DNA from: an uncultured Clostridia bacterium
GTDB taxonomy: Bacteria; Bacillota; Clostridia; Christensenellales; UBA1242
Assembly: GCA_944348085.1 (NCBI GenBank)
Contig: CALVMU010000004.1
Location: 1 to 62,971 of the forward strand
DNA length: 62,971 nt
Reading direction: 5' to 3'
Made by a program: the position numbers and the translations under genes. Below are positions 7,787 through 17,141 of the stretch, piece after piece (the first letter of the stretch is position 1; every line of letters begins with the position of its first letter). The notes under the pieces are model-generated. The model was given only the letters and a program-made list of their open reading frames with translations. It made no database searches and was not told the origin of the DNA.

Positions 7787-8827
7787 ATGTTTAATAAAAT
7801 TTTTATAAATAAAACCAATTTGTTACATAACGTTCACTACTTACAAAATTTGCTTGAGGAGAAAAAACTTTGCGTCATGGTCAAAGCAAACGCTTATGGT
7901 CATGGAATGAAAGAAATTGTCCAGTGCCTAGAGGGAGAAGACATTTCTTACGGCGTTTCAAATGAGGAAGAAGCTTTTGCTTTGCGAGAGCTTTCTGATA
8001 AACAAATCATTGTGTTTGGAGCCATTGAAAATTATCAAAAAGTCATGTCGGAGAACATTGATTTTGCGCTATTTTCGCTTGAAGAGGCGAAAAAGGTGTG
8101 CAAGATTGCAAAAAAATTTGATTTAAAGCCAAAAATGCACTTATGTCTAAACTCAGGCATGAACCGCTATGGAATTAAAGATAAAAATGAATTTTTAAAG
8201 ATAATTTCAATTCTGCAAAAATATAATTTTGCTTTGGAAGGATTTTATACTCATTTTTCTTCGCTCACTACTGACGAAAATTATACCGAAAGACAAAAAC
8301 GGCTTTTTTATGAATTTTGCTTTATGCTTTCAAAGGAGTGGAAGGTGACAACTCATGTGGGCGGTGGACGCAGTATCTTTTTGGACATTGACGCGCAGAT
8401 GTTTAGAAGCGGAATTGAAGTTTATGGCTATGGCGACCAAAACTTGTTGCCAGTGATGTCGGTAAAAAGCCAGATTGTCGATATCACTCAGGCAGAAGAG
8501 GGTGAACATATAGGTTATTTATGCGGATATACTGCCTCAAAAAATATGAGAGTTGGCGTAGTTCCTCTCGGATATGCTGACGGCTTGCCACGAAAACTGT
8601 CAAACAAACTTATTGTCAAATGCAAAGGCAGACCTCTTGAAAATGTTGGCAACATTTGCATGGATTGTTTTATGGTCGACCTTGGCAAAAACAAAGTCAA
8701 AGTGGGTGATGAAGTTGAAATACTGCTCTCTGCCACAGATTTGGCACCACTTATTGAAAGCACAGAATATGAAGTGCTTACAAATTTTTCTCGTTTTCGT
8801 GGCGAAAGAATAATTTTAGAAAACTAA
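7787..8827 (+). CDS. alr: Alanine racemase
   Basis: 346 aa with the PLP-lysine motif VMVKANAYGHG and typical length. Confidence 0.85.
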   Translation: MFNKIFINKTNLLHNVHYLQNLLEEKKLCVMVKANAYGHGMKEIVQCLEGEDISYGVSNEEEAFALRELSDKQIIVFGAIENYQKVMSENIDFALFSLEEAKKVCKIAKKFDLKPKMHLCLNSGMNRYGIKDKNEFLKIISILQKYNFALEGFYTHFSSLTTDENYTERQKRLFYEFCFMLSKEWKVTTHVGGGRSIFLDIDAQMFRSGIEVYGYGDQNLLPVMSVKSQIVDITQAEEGEHIGYLCGYTASKNMRVGVVPLGYADGLPRKLSNKLIVKCKGRPLENVGNICMDCFMVDLGKNKVKVGDEVEILLSATDLAPLIESTEYEVLTNFSRFRGERIILEN

Positions 8828-8831
8828 AACC

Positions 8832-8860
8832 TTTACAAATCGTCCTTAATGTGCTATAAT
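8832..8860 (+). promoter_or_regulatory. Sigma-A promoter with extended -10
   Basis: TTTACA, 17 nt, then TGCTATAAT. It lies inside the track ORF start, which argues for the ATG at 8879. Confidence 0.6.
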
Positions 8861-8878
8861 AAACGCATGGAGGACGAA

Positions 8879-9400
8879 ATGGAAAAAGTTGAAAAAAGAA
8901 ATAATTATTTTTATACATCAGCAATTTTGGGTATCATTCTTGCATGCATTGAAATTTTGTGCGGAATAATTGCAATTTCAATCTTCTTTTCAATGAAAGA
9001 AACGATAGACCCAACTCGTGTAGATTTTGTTCAGGGCTTGGTTGTGACAGCAACAATTATTTTGATTGTGTTTGGCATTTTGTCAATCATAGTAAATTGT
9101 TTCTTTTTCAAATTTGCTGGCTATTCACAGGAAAAAATCAACAATCAAACAGCTTTTATTGTTTTGATGATAGTTTTGCAGTTGCTTTTTGGAGGGCTTA
9201 TTGCTTGCGCTGTTTCTGTTGCAGGAATTATTGCTGGGCGTGAAGGCGAAATGGCAAGAATAAATTATGACAAAGTTGAAGAATTGACTGTGGAAGGAAG
9301 ACTTAAAAAAGTCAAACAGCTTTATGATGACGGACTTATTGATGAAGCTGAATATAAAAAACTGAAAATGGAAATTTTAGTTGACAGGCAGGATAATTGA
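8879..9400 (+). CDS. Membrane protein with C-terminal SHOCT domain
   Basis: GGAGG RBS 5 nt upstream. Four hydrophobic helices, then the SHOCT-like tail LKKVKQLYDDGLIDEAEYKKLKMEIL. Confidence 0.6.
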   Translation: MEKVEKRNNYFYTSAILGIILACIEILCGIIAISIFFSMKETIDPTRVDFVQGLVVTATIILIVFGILSIIVNCFFFKFAGYSQEKINNQTAFIVLMIVLQLLFGGLIACAVSVAGIIAGREGEMARINYDKVEELTVEGRLKKVKQLYDDGLIDEAEYKKLKMEILVDRQDN

Positions 9401-9439
9401 TAAAAATTCTTTTAATTTTTGATTTTAAACTGAAAACTG

Positions 9440-9468
9440 TTTACAAAACTGATATTTTGTGCTATAAT
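9440..9468 (+). promoter_or_regulatory. Sigma-A promoter with extended -10
   Basis: TTTACA, 17 nt, then TGCTATAAT upstream of rpoZ. Confidence 0.6.
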
Positions 9469-9494
9469 ATTCTAGAAATTTTGAGGTGAGAGTT

Positions 9495-9692
9495 ATGATG
9501 ATAAAACCTTCTATTGATGAACTTTTAAAACAAACAGACGGAAACAAATATGTGCTTTGCACACTTATTGCAAAAAGAGCAAAAGAGATTGAGTCAATCA
9601 ATCTGCTTGACTCTTCTTCTGAAGAAAAGAAGGCAATTTCAATTGCATGTGACGAAATTGCAAATGGAAAAGTTCGACCAAGTGCATTTTAA
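9495..9692 (+). CDS. rpoZ: DNA-directed RNA polymerase subunit omega
   Basis: MMIKPSIDELLKQTDGNKYVLCTLIAKRAKEI is typical RpoZ; sits upstream of priA as in Firmicutes. Confidence 0.8.
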   Translation: MMIKPSIDELLKQTDGNKYVLCTLIAKRAKEIESINLLDSSSEEKKAISIACDEIANGKVRPSAF

Positions 9693-9771
9693 GATTTAAC
9701 TTGGAAATTACGCTATTTTGTGATATAATTCTATTGTAACTTGAACAGATAAGTTTCAATAGGATTTTTTT

Positions 9772-11943
9772 ATGTTTGCAGAAGTTATAATCGACCAAGA
9801 TGTCAAAGCAATTGACAAAACATTTGACTATCGCAAGCCTGAAAACCTTGACTTGAAGGTGGGCATGCGTGTTTTTGTGCCGTTTGGAAAAAGGGTTGTG
9901 CAAGGTTATGTGGTTGAGCTGAAAGACAAAACTGAATATGATGAGAGCAAGGTCAAAAGCATTATTTCTGCAATCGAAGATTTCTCTGCAATAAAGCGCG
10001 AAATGCTTGAAGTTATGCGCTTTATGACAAAGAAAAACCATCTGACAATGGCAAGCACGCTCAGACTTTTTCTTCCAAGCCAAATGCGAGAGGGAAAGGT
10101 TCGCGAGATTTTTGAGACATTTTACTCCTTAAAGAAAAAAGATTTTGTTCCAGCAAAAAACGCCAAAAAACAGATTGAAATAGTCGATTTTTTGGCAGAG
10201 AATGGAAAAACCTCATCTTCAGTGCTGGGAGAAAAATTTGGCTATGGCGCTGTTAAAACGCTTTTTGAAAAGGGCATCATTGAAAAAGACAAGGAAAAAA
10301 TTGAGCGAAAACCTTTTGTTGAAAGTCAAGCTGACAAAAAAGTTGAACTAAACTTGATGCAAAAAAAGGCGATAGAAGAAATTGGCGGAGAGGATGTTTT
10401 TCTTCTTCATGGCGTGACTGGAAGCGGAAAAACTGAGGTGTATATGCATCTTATTGAGCGCGAACTCAAAAATGGCAAAAATGCAATTATGCTTGTTCCT
10501 GAAATTTCGCTTACTCCGCAAATCATGGCGTCTTTCAAGGCTCGTTTTGGTGACTTTGTGGCGCTTCTGCACAGTGGTCTTTCAGCTGGTGAGAGATTTG
10601 ATGAATGGAAGCGAATTTTCGCAGGAGAGGCGAGAATTGTTATCGGCGCGCGCTCTGCAATTTTTGCGCCAGTTGAAAATTTGGGAATAATAATTATTGA
10701 TGAAGAACATGAGCAAAGCTATGTTTCAGAGTCAAATCCACGATATTTCACTCATGACATTGCAAAGTTTAGAGCCTCTTTCAATCATTGTCCGCTTGTG
10801 CTTGGCAGTGCGACACCTTCAGTTGAGAGCTATCAAAAAGCTGTAACTGGAGAATACAAACTGATTGAGCTTCCAACGAGAGCAAATGGCAGAGAATTGC
10901 CAGCGATTCAAATTGTTGACATGATTGGCGAGATAAGACGAGGAAATAGCGGGATTTTTTCGGCTCAGCTTTTGGCTGATCTTGGACAAGTGGTTGAAAA
11001 CAAAAAACAAGCGATGATTTTTATCAATCGAAGAGGATATTCTTCCTTCATGCGTTGTAGAGATTGCGGATATATTGCAAAGTGCAGTGACTGTGATGTC
11101 AGCTTGGTTTATCACCGAGAAGATAACAGGCTTAAATGCCATTATTGTGGAAAACAATACAAGGTTTTGACGCGGTGTCCAAATTGTAAAAGTGAAAACA
11201 TCAAATATGGCGCAGTTGGAACTCAGCAAGTTGTGGCAAAGCTGAAAGAGCTTTTCCCAAATGTCAATATTTTGCGCATGGATAATGACACAACTTCCAC
11301 CAAAAATGCCCATCAAAAAATTTTGTCAGAATTTAAAAATTCATTGCCAGGCATTTTGGTTGGCACGCAAATGATTGCAAAAGGGCATGATTTTGAAAAT
11401 GTTGTGTTGGTTGGAATTGTCGATGCCGACCAAAGCTTGTTCCAAGCGGACTATAGAAGCACAGAAAGAACCTTCCAGCTTATAACGCAGGTTTCAGGTC
11501 GTGCTGGCAGAAGCAAAGACGAAGGCAAAGTTGTTCTGCAAACCTATGCGCCTCGGCATTATGTATATAAGTTTGCTTCAAATTATGACTATAAAGGCTT
11601 TTTTAGAAAAGAGGCAAACATCAGGCAAACAGCATGTTTTCCGCCTTTTAGCAGAATTATTCGACTTCTTTTTTCAGATAATAACGAAAATTATGTTCGC
11701 GAACTGCTAAAAGTGTGCTATACTGAAATTGAAAAGTTAAAAAGTGATTATGGCGACCAAATTCTCTATTTAGATGCCATGAAATCGCCGATAAAACGAA
11801 TTCAAAACAAGTTCCGCTATCAAATTTTAATGCGCGTTAAACTTGAAAAAGCGGACGAAATTGAAGAAAAAGTGTTTGATATTGCAAACAAAACATCAAA
11901 AAATGGCGTATTTTTGGAAATTAATCCAACCAATATGTCTTAA
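9772..11943 (+). CDS. priA: Primosomal protein N' (replication restart helicase PriA)
   Basis: 723 aa with Walker A GVTGSGKTEVY, DEEH, and a Cys4-Cys4 zinc region CRDCGY...CSDC...CHYCG...CPNC. Confidence 0.92.
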   Translation: MFAEVIIDQDVKAIDKTFDYRKPENLDLKVGMRVFVPFGKRVVQGYVVELKDKTEYDESKVKSIISAIEDFSAIKREMLEVMRFMTKKNHLTMASTLRLFLPSQMREGKVREIFETFYSLKKKDFVPAKNAKKQIEIVDFLAENGKTSSSVLGEKFGYGAVKTLFEKGIIEKDKEKIERKPFVESQADKKVELNLMQKKAIEEIGGEDVFLLHGVTGSGKTEVYMHLIERELKNGKNAIMLVPEISLTPQIMASFKARFGDFVALLHSGLSAGERFDEWKRIFAGEARIVIGARSAIFAPVENLGIIIIDEEHEQSYVSESNPRYFTHDIAKFRASFNHCPLVLGSATPSVESYQKAVTGEYKLIELPTRANGRELPAIQIVDMIGEIRRGNSGIFSAQLLADLGQVVENKKQAMIFINRRGYSSFMRCRDCGYIAKCSDCDVSLVYHREDNRLKCHYCGKQYKVLTRCPNCKSENIKYGAVGTQQVVAKLKELFPNVNILRMDNDTTSTKNAHQKILSEFKNSLPGILVGTQMIAKGHDFENVVLVGIVDADQSLFQADYRSTERTFQLITQVSGRAGRSKDEGKVVLQTYAPRHYVYKFASNYDYKGFFRKEANIRQTACFPPFSRIIRLLFSDNNENYVRELLKVCYTEIEKLKSDYGDQILYLDAMKSPIKRIQNKFRYQILMRVKLEKADEIEEKVFDIANKTSKNGVFLEINPTNMS

Positions 11944-11955
11944 AAGGAGAATTTT

Positions 11956-12429
11956 ATGGCAACTCGAAAAGTTGTTTTGGTGGGCGATAAAACTTTGCGC
12001 AAAGTTTCAAAGCCAGTCAGAGAGTTTGATGAAGACCTTTGGCAGCTTCTTGACGATATGAAAAGCACTATGTATGCAAATGATGGTATGGGACTTGCGG
12101 CACCTCAAGTTGGCGTGCTCAGACGCATTGTTGTGATTGATGTCAACAACATGTTTGTTGAGCTTATCAATCCTGAAATTGTTGCCACAGAGGGCAGAGA
12201 TATTGAACAAGAAGGCTGTCTGTCAGTTGGCTCGTTCAGAGGCCGTGTGGAAAGACCGTATAAGATAACGGTCAAAGCTGTTGACAGATATGGCTATCCA
12301 TTCACTTTGACAGGCGAGAAATGGCTTGCAAGGTGCATTTGTCATGAAGTTGACCACTTGAATGGCATTTTGTTTATCGACAAAACGCTTGACAAAGACA
12401 AATACTTAAAACAGGGCGGAAAACTATGA
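11956..12429 (+). CDS. def: Peptide deformylase
   Basis: Motifs GMGLAAPQ, EGCLS, HEVDHLNG. Confidence 0.92.
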   Translation: MATRKVVLVGDKTLRKVSKPVREFDEDLWQLLDDMKSTMYANDGMGLAAPQVGVLRRIVVIDVNNMFVELINPEIVATEGRDIEQEGCLSVGSFRGRVERPYKITVKAVDRYGYPFTLTGEKWLARCICHEVDHLNGILFIDKTLDKDKYLKQGGKL

Positions 12430-13340
12430 AAATTTTGTTTTTAGGCTCTTCTCATTTCTCTAAAATTGTGCTTGAAGGGATGTTAAACTGCTCGCTTAAT
12501 GTTTGTGCAGTCATCACATCGCCAGACAAAGAGGTTGGAAGAGGACATAAAATTCAAGCCAACGAGGTCAAAGTGTTTGCTGAAAAAAACGCTTTGCCAG
12601 TTTTTTGCACTGAAAAAATTAAAAATGATATGGCTCAAATCAAAGAAATTGATTATGACATGGCTGTCGTGGCATCTTTTGGACAAATTTTGCCAAAAGA
12701 GTTTTTGGAGCACAGGCTTTGTCTTAATGTTCATCCTTCAGCTTTGCCAAAGTATAGAGGTGCATCGCCAATGCAAAACACGCTTTTAAATGGCGATAAA
12801 ACAACAGCTGTTACAATCATGAAAGTTGGAGAGAAGGTTGACTCTGGCGATATTGCATTGCAAGAAGAGGTGACTTTGCGAGGTGATGAATATTACAGCC
12901 AGCTTGAAGAAAGTCTTGGAGCGATAGGCGCAAAACTTATTGCTAAAGCGACAAAAATGTTGGAAGAAAAATCGCTGAAATTTTATCCTCAAAATGACGA
13001 AGAGGCCACTTATGTGAAAAAATTTGAGAAGAAAGATGGGCTTTTGGATTTTTCACAATCAAAAGAGGCGCTCTACAACAAAACACGCGCATTGAGCGAG
13101 CCACTTGGAGTCTATTTTTTCTATAAAAATCAAAAGATAAAAGTTTTCAAACTTGAACCTTGTGACAAAGAGGTTCAAACCTTTAAAATTGCAGATGACA
13201 AAAAACATTTTTTGATTGGCTGTCAAAATGGAAGCGTTGAAATTTTAAGTTTGCTTTCGCCATCTGGAAAAAGACAGTCTGGTGCTGATTTTTTGAATGG
13301 TTTTAGGCCACAAGGGGAGTTTGTTGATGAAGTTCATTGA
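12426..13340 (+). CDS. fmt: Methionyl-tRNA formyltransferase
   Basis: 304 aa with HPSALPKYRGASP; def-fmt synteny with an overlapping stop/start. Confidence 0.9.
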   Translation: MKILFLGSSHFSKIVLEGMLNCSLNVCAVITSPDKEVGRGHKIQANEVKVFAEKNALPVFCTEKIKNDMAQIKEIDYDMAVVASFGQILPKEFLEHRLCLNVHPSALPKYRGASPMQNTLLNGDKTTAVTIMKVGEKVDSGDIALQEEVTLRGDEYYSQLEESLGAIGAKLIAKATKMLEEKSLKFYPQNDEEATYVKKFEKKDGLLDFSQSKEALYNKTRALSEPLGVYFFYKNQKIKVFKLEPCDKEVQTFKIADDKKHFLIGCQNGSVEILSLLSPSGKRQSGADFLNGFRPQGEFVDEVH

Positions 13341-14355
13341 GCAAAATGAGAATGAAATTTGTCAAGAAATGGAGAGCTTAGGTTTGCCAAAATTTCGTGG
13401 CAAGCAAATTTTTGATGCAATGGTCAACGGTTTAAGTTTGGACGAAATATCGGTTTTTTCGCGTGATTTTAAGCAAAAAATCGCAGAATTTTATCCAAAA
13501 AACAAAATTTTTAAAAAATTTATCTCAAAAGATGGAACGAAAAAATACCTTATTCAGTTTGAAGATGGCGCGATTGTTGAGTGCGTGCTTATGAGTTATA
13601 AATATGGCGACACCTTGTGCCTTTCAACTCAAATTGGTTGTCGGATGGGGTGCAAATTTTGCGCTTCAACTTTGAATGGACTTGAGCGAAATCTGACCGC
13701 TGGAGAAATGCTCTCTGAGGTCTATCTTATTAATCGCGACAATGGTGGCTCAAGAAAAAACAGGTCCATCACAAACTTGGTGCTGATGGGCAGTGGCGAG
13801 CCTCTTGACAACTTTGACAATGTTTGCAAGTTTTTGGAAATGATTTCTTCAAGCGAAACTTTGAATATCAGCGAGAGAAATATTTCTCTGTCCACTTGCG
13901 GACTGGTTGACAAAATAAAAGAACTGGCTGATAAAAATTATGGAATTTCGCTGACAATTTCTCTTCACGCTACGACTGATGAAGAGCGCAAAAAAATCAT
14001 GCCAATTGCAAATCGCTGGTCAATAGCGCAAATCTTGGATGCATGTGACTATTATTTTTCAAAAACAGGAAGAAGGTTTTATATTGAATACACTTTGGTC
14101 AAAGGCGTCAATGACAGCGTTATAGATGCGCAAAGGCTGGCAAGTCTTTTAAAAGGCAAAACTTGCCATGTCAATCTGATTATGCTTAATCCTGTGGCAG
14201 AGCGCGAGCTAAGTTCGACCGACCGAAAAGAGGCGGAAAAATTTTGCAAAAAACTAAATGAACTTGGTGTTTCTGCAACGATAAGACGAAGCATGGGACA
14301 AGACATCGCTGGTGCTTGTGGCCAGCTTAGAAATAAATTTGTAAGGAAGGTTTGA
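13327..14355 (+). CDS. rlmN: 23S rRNA/tRNA (adenine-C2)-methyltransferase, radical SAM
   Basis: CRMGCKFCAS radical-SAM cluster and the C-terminal GACGQL motif. Start chosen at the ATG at 13327 after GGGGAG. Confidence 0.88.
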   Translation: MKFIEQNENEICQEMESLGLPKFRGKQIFDAMVNGLSLDEISVFSRDFKQKIAEFYPKNKIFKKFISKDGTKKYLIQFEDGAIVECVLMSYKYGDTLCLSTQIGCRMGCKFCASTLNGLERNLTAGEMLSEVYLINRDNGGSRKNRSITNLVLMGSGEPLDNFDNVCKFLEMISSSETLNISERNISLSTCGLVDKIKELADKNYGISLTISLHATTDEERKKIMPIANRWSIAQILDACDYYFSKTGRRFYIEYTLVKGVNDSVIDAQRLASLLKGKTCHVNLIMLNPVAERELSSTDRKEAEKFCKKLNELGVSATIRRSMGQDIAGACGQLRNKFVRKV

Positions 14356-15197
14356 TGGAAGGACTTGTTATCAAAAAAAATGCCAATCTGTTCTCTGTTG
14401 AAGAGTTTTCAACAGGGCAAGTTTTTTTGCGCCATGCCAGCGGAAAAACGGAAGAGAGCGGTGTTTATGTTGGCGACAAAGTTCAATTTGACGAGTCAAT
14501 AACCAAGGTTGAGAAAAGAAAAAATGTGCTTATAAGACCGCCTCTTGCGAATTTAGACAAGCTTTTTATTGTGATTTCGCCCATTCCAAAGCCAGATCTT
14601 TTGCTTGTCGACAAACTGATTGTCTATTGCTTTGTAAAAGGCATAGAGCCAATTTTAGTGGTAAATAAAACAGATAAAGCAAGTGAAACATTTGTCAAAA
14701 ATATAAAAAACATATATAATAAAGTTGCAGAGGTCATTTTGACCAGCGCAAAAGAGGGCAATGCGCAAGCTTTGAGTGAAAAAATTGAAGGCGTTTGTGC
14801 ATTTGCAGGTCAAAGCGCGGTTGGAAAATCTTCACTTGTCAACTGCCTTTTCAGTCAAAATCTTGCAAAGGTGGGCTCGTTGTCTTCCAAAATTGACAGA
14901 GGCAAACAGACAACGCGCATGGTTCAGCTTTTCAAAATTGGCAAAGGCTATATAGCCGATACGGCAGGCTTTTCGATGTTATCGCTTTCCTTTGTGACAG
15001 ACCTTGAGCCTCGCGAGCTTTCTTCATATTATCCAGATTTTTTAAAGGCGCGCGCAAACTGCAAATACCGTTCATGTTTGCATGAGGGCGGAGATTGCGG
15101 AGTTATAAAAGCAGTCAAAGAGAAAAAGATAAATGAAGAGCGTTATCAAAATTATTTGAAAATTTTGCAAGAACTGAAAGAACGCAAAAAATATTAA
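14355..15197 (+). CDS. rsgA: Ribosome small-subunit-dependent GTPase A
   Basis: Circularly permuted GTPase: NKTD, then GQSAVGKSSL, then the zinc motif CKYRSCLHEGGDCG. ATGA overlap with rlmN. Confidence 0.85.
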   Translation: MEGLVIKKNANLFSVEEFSTGQVFLRHASGKTEESGVYVGDKVQFDESITKVEKRKNVLIRPPLANLDKLFIVISPIPKPDLLLVDKLIVYCFVKGIEPILVVNKTDKASETFVKNIKNIYNKVAEVILTSAKEGNAQALSEKIEGVCAFAGQSAVGKSSLVNCLFSQNLAKVGSLSSKIDRGKQTTRMVQLFKIGKGYIADTAGFSMLSLSFVTDLEPRELSSYYPDFLKARANCKYRSCLHEGGDCGVIKAVKEKKINEERYQNYLKILQELKERKKY

Positions 15198-15252
15198 AAT
15201 TCAAGCAAAAATGCTTAAAAAAATCGAAAAAACAACAAAAATGAGGTGAAAA

Positions 15253-15918
15253 ATGAAAAAAAATGTTTTGGTTTCTGTTTCAACTGATCCAATTCAAGAT
15301 TATCAGAGCATAGTCAATTATGCAAAGGACATGCAAGGGAAGGCGGATTTTTTGCACTGTGATGTTATGGACGGAGTGTTTGTTGAGCGAAAAACAATCT
15401 CAGCGCAACTTGTCAGCAATGTCAATTCAAACAGCTCTATTATGCTTGATGTTCACCTTATGTGCGATGAACCTTTAAAATCAATCAAAGAATTTGCAAG
15501 GGCAGGGGCAAATATTATCACCATTCATTATGAGGCTTTTAAAGATAAAACGAAGATAGATAAGGCCATTGACGAAATTCACGCAAACAATTGCCTTGCT
15601 GGGATTGCAATAAGTCCTGACACTCCAGTCAAAGAAATAAAAATCTATCTCTATAAACTTGACCTTATGCTTGTTATGAGCGTTGTTCCAGGACTTAGTG
15701 GTCAAAAATTTATGCCAAGCAGCCTTGAAAAGATAAAAGAACTTGACAAAATCAGAAAAGAAAACAGTTTTTCATATAAGATCGAAGTTGACGGAGGCAT
15801 CAATCAAGACACCGCTTTAAAAGCCGTGGAGGCGGGTGTTGATATGCTGGTCAGCGGAAGTTATGTTTATAACAGCAAAGATAGGACAAAAGTTATAAAA
15901 GAGCTCAAATCTTTATAA
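15253..15918 (+). CDS. rpe: Ribulose-phosphate 3-epimerase
   Basis: 221 aa with HCDVMDG, DVHLM, and a VDGGI signature. Confidence 0.88.
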   Translation: MKKNVLVSVSTDPIQDYQSIVNYAKDMQGKADFLHCDVMDGVFVERKTISAQLVSNVNSNSSIMLDVHLMCDEPLKSIKEFARAGANIITIHYEAFKDKTKIDKAIDEIHANNCLAGIAISPDTPVKEIKIYLYKLDLMLVMSVVPGLSGQKFMPSSLEKIKELDKIRKENSFSYKIEVDGGINQDTALKAVEAGVDMLVSGSYVYNSKDRTKVIKELKSL

Positions 15919-15976
15919 AATTACCTCTTGCAAAATGCAAAAGGTTATAGTATAATAATTACAGGAGGGAAGGCTT

Positions 15977-16456
15977 ATGTGTTTTAAGAAGAAAAATAAA
16001 GCTGAGAAACAAAAGAAAGAAGAAAAGAGAACAAAAAATACAGAGAAAGAAACACCAAAAGCTGTAGAAAAAGAACTAACTAAAAACGAGGTTAAACAAG
16101 AAGAGCCAAAGAAAACTGAAACGAAAAAAGTTGTAGCTAAAAAAGCAGAGACTAAGAAAGTTGAAACGAAAAAAGCTGAAACAAAAAAGGCTGACACTAA
16201 AACGGCCGAGACTAAAAAGGCTGACTCAGCAGAGGTTAAAGCGCCAAAAGAGCGCAAAGCTTTGTATCGCGTGGTTTATTCAAAAGAACTTAAAGTTTGG
16301 CAGATTAAAAAAGATGGCGCAAAGCGCGTGATCGACAGCAAACATACAAAGGAAGAGGCGCTTATAAGAGTGCGTGAACTTAGCGAAAGTCAAGACAGCA
16401 ACTTTGTGGTGCAGAAAAAAGACGGAAAATTTCAAAAGAAAGCAAATTTAAAATAA
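15977..16456 (+). CDS. DUF2188-domain protein with Lys/Glu/Thr-rich repetitive N-terminal half
   Basis: C-terminus YRVVYSKELKVWQIKKDGAKRVIDSKHTKEEALIRVRELS is DUF2188-like; the N-terminal half has AETKK-type repeats. Confidence 0.6.
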   Translation: MCFKKKNKAEKQKKEEKRTKNTEKETPKAVEKELTKNEVKQEEPKKTETKKVVAKKAETKKVETKKAETKKADTKTAETKKADSAEVKAPKERKALYRVVYSKELKVWQIKKDGAKRVIDSKHTKEEALIRVRELSESQDSNFVVQKKDGKFQKKANLK

Positions 16457-16487
16457 AAAAGTGTAAGACTTAACTTACACTTTTTTT
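16455..16487. terminator. Bidirectional rho-independent terminator between convergent genes
   Basis: A-run, GTGTAAG-acttaa-CTTACAC, T7; overlaps the tmk stop. Confidence 0.7.
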
Positions 16488-17125
16488 GTGCTGTTTTTTA
16501 TCAGATTTTCCACGCTTGCAACAATCTCGTTATGGAGCTCTTCAATTGATTTGGTGGCATCCAAAACAACAAAGCGCTCTTTTTCTTTTTTTGAAATAAA
16601 CTGATAGCCCTCGTAAACTTTTTGGTGAAAGGCAAGAGCTTCTTTTTCCATGCGGTCGAGGTTTTCACCAGAATTTTTTCTTTTAAAAGCAATTTCAGGT
16701 TTAATTTTCAAATAAAAAGTCAAATTTGGCTTGAATTTGCCCAAAATCAATTTGTTTAGCTTTAAAATTTCTTCAGCATCAAAGATTTCTCTTGCAAAGC
16801 CTTGATAAGCTATGGTCGAATCATAAAACCTGTCGGCAACCACAATTTTACCTTCGCTTATTGCAGGTGAAATGACCTTTTCAAAAAGCTGAGCTCGACT
16901 TGCAAGAAAAAGCAGCAGCTCCGCTTTAGGAACAGGAGAGTCCTCTTCATAACTCAGCAGCAATTCTCTGATTTTTTCGCCAAGTCCAGTTCCGCCAGGC
17001 TCTCTTACAAACACAAAGTCGTCTTTATCTTTGCGTGTGGCAACATATTCCTTAAAAAGCTTTACTTGGGTGCTTTTTCCGCACGCATCTCCGCCTTCAA
17101 AGGTGATAAAAAGTCCATTTTTCAT
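16475..17125 (-). CDS. tmk: Thymidylate kinase
   Basis: Start at MKNGLFITFEGGDACGKSTQ (P-loop) with an AAGGAA RBS; the track ORF extends upstream into the neighbouring gene. Confidence 0.9.
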   Translation of the reverse strand: MKNGLFITFEGGDACGKSTQVKLFKEYVATRKDKDDFVFVREPGGTGLGEKIRELLLSYEEDSPVPKAELLLFLASRAQLFEKVISPAISEGKIVVADRFYDSTIAYQGFAREIFDAEEILKLNKLILGKFKPNLTFYLKIKPEIAFKRKNSGENLDRMEKEALAFHQKVYEGYQFISKKEKERFVVLDATKSIEELHNEIVASVENLIKNSTKKV

Positions 17126-17141
17126 TTGAATTTCCTTCTTT

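Noticed and set aside
15913-16257. 114-aa minus-strand ORF
   Set aside because: It is antisense to the Lys-rich repeat of the DUF2188 gene, and its Phe/Ser/Val repeat peptide is an artefact.
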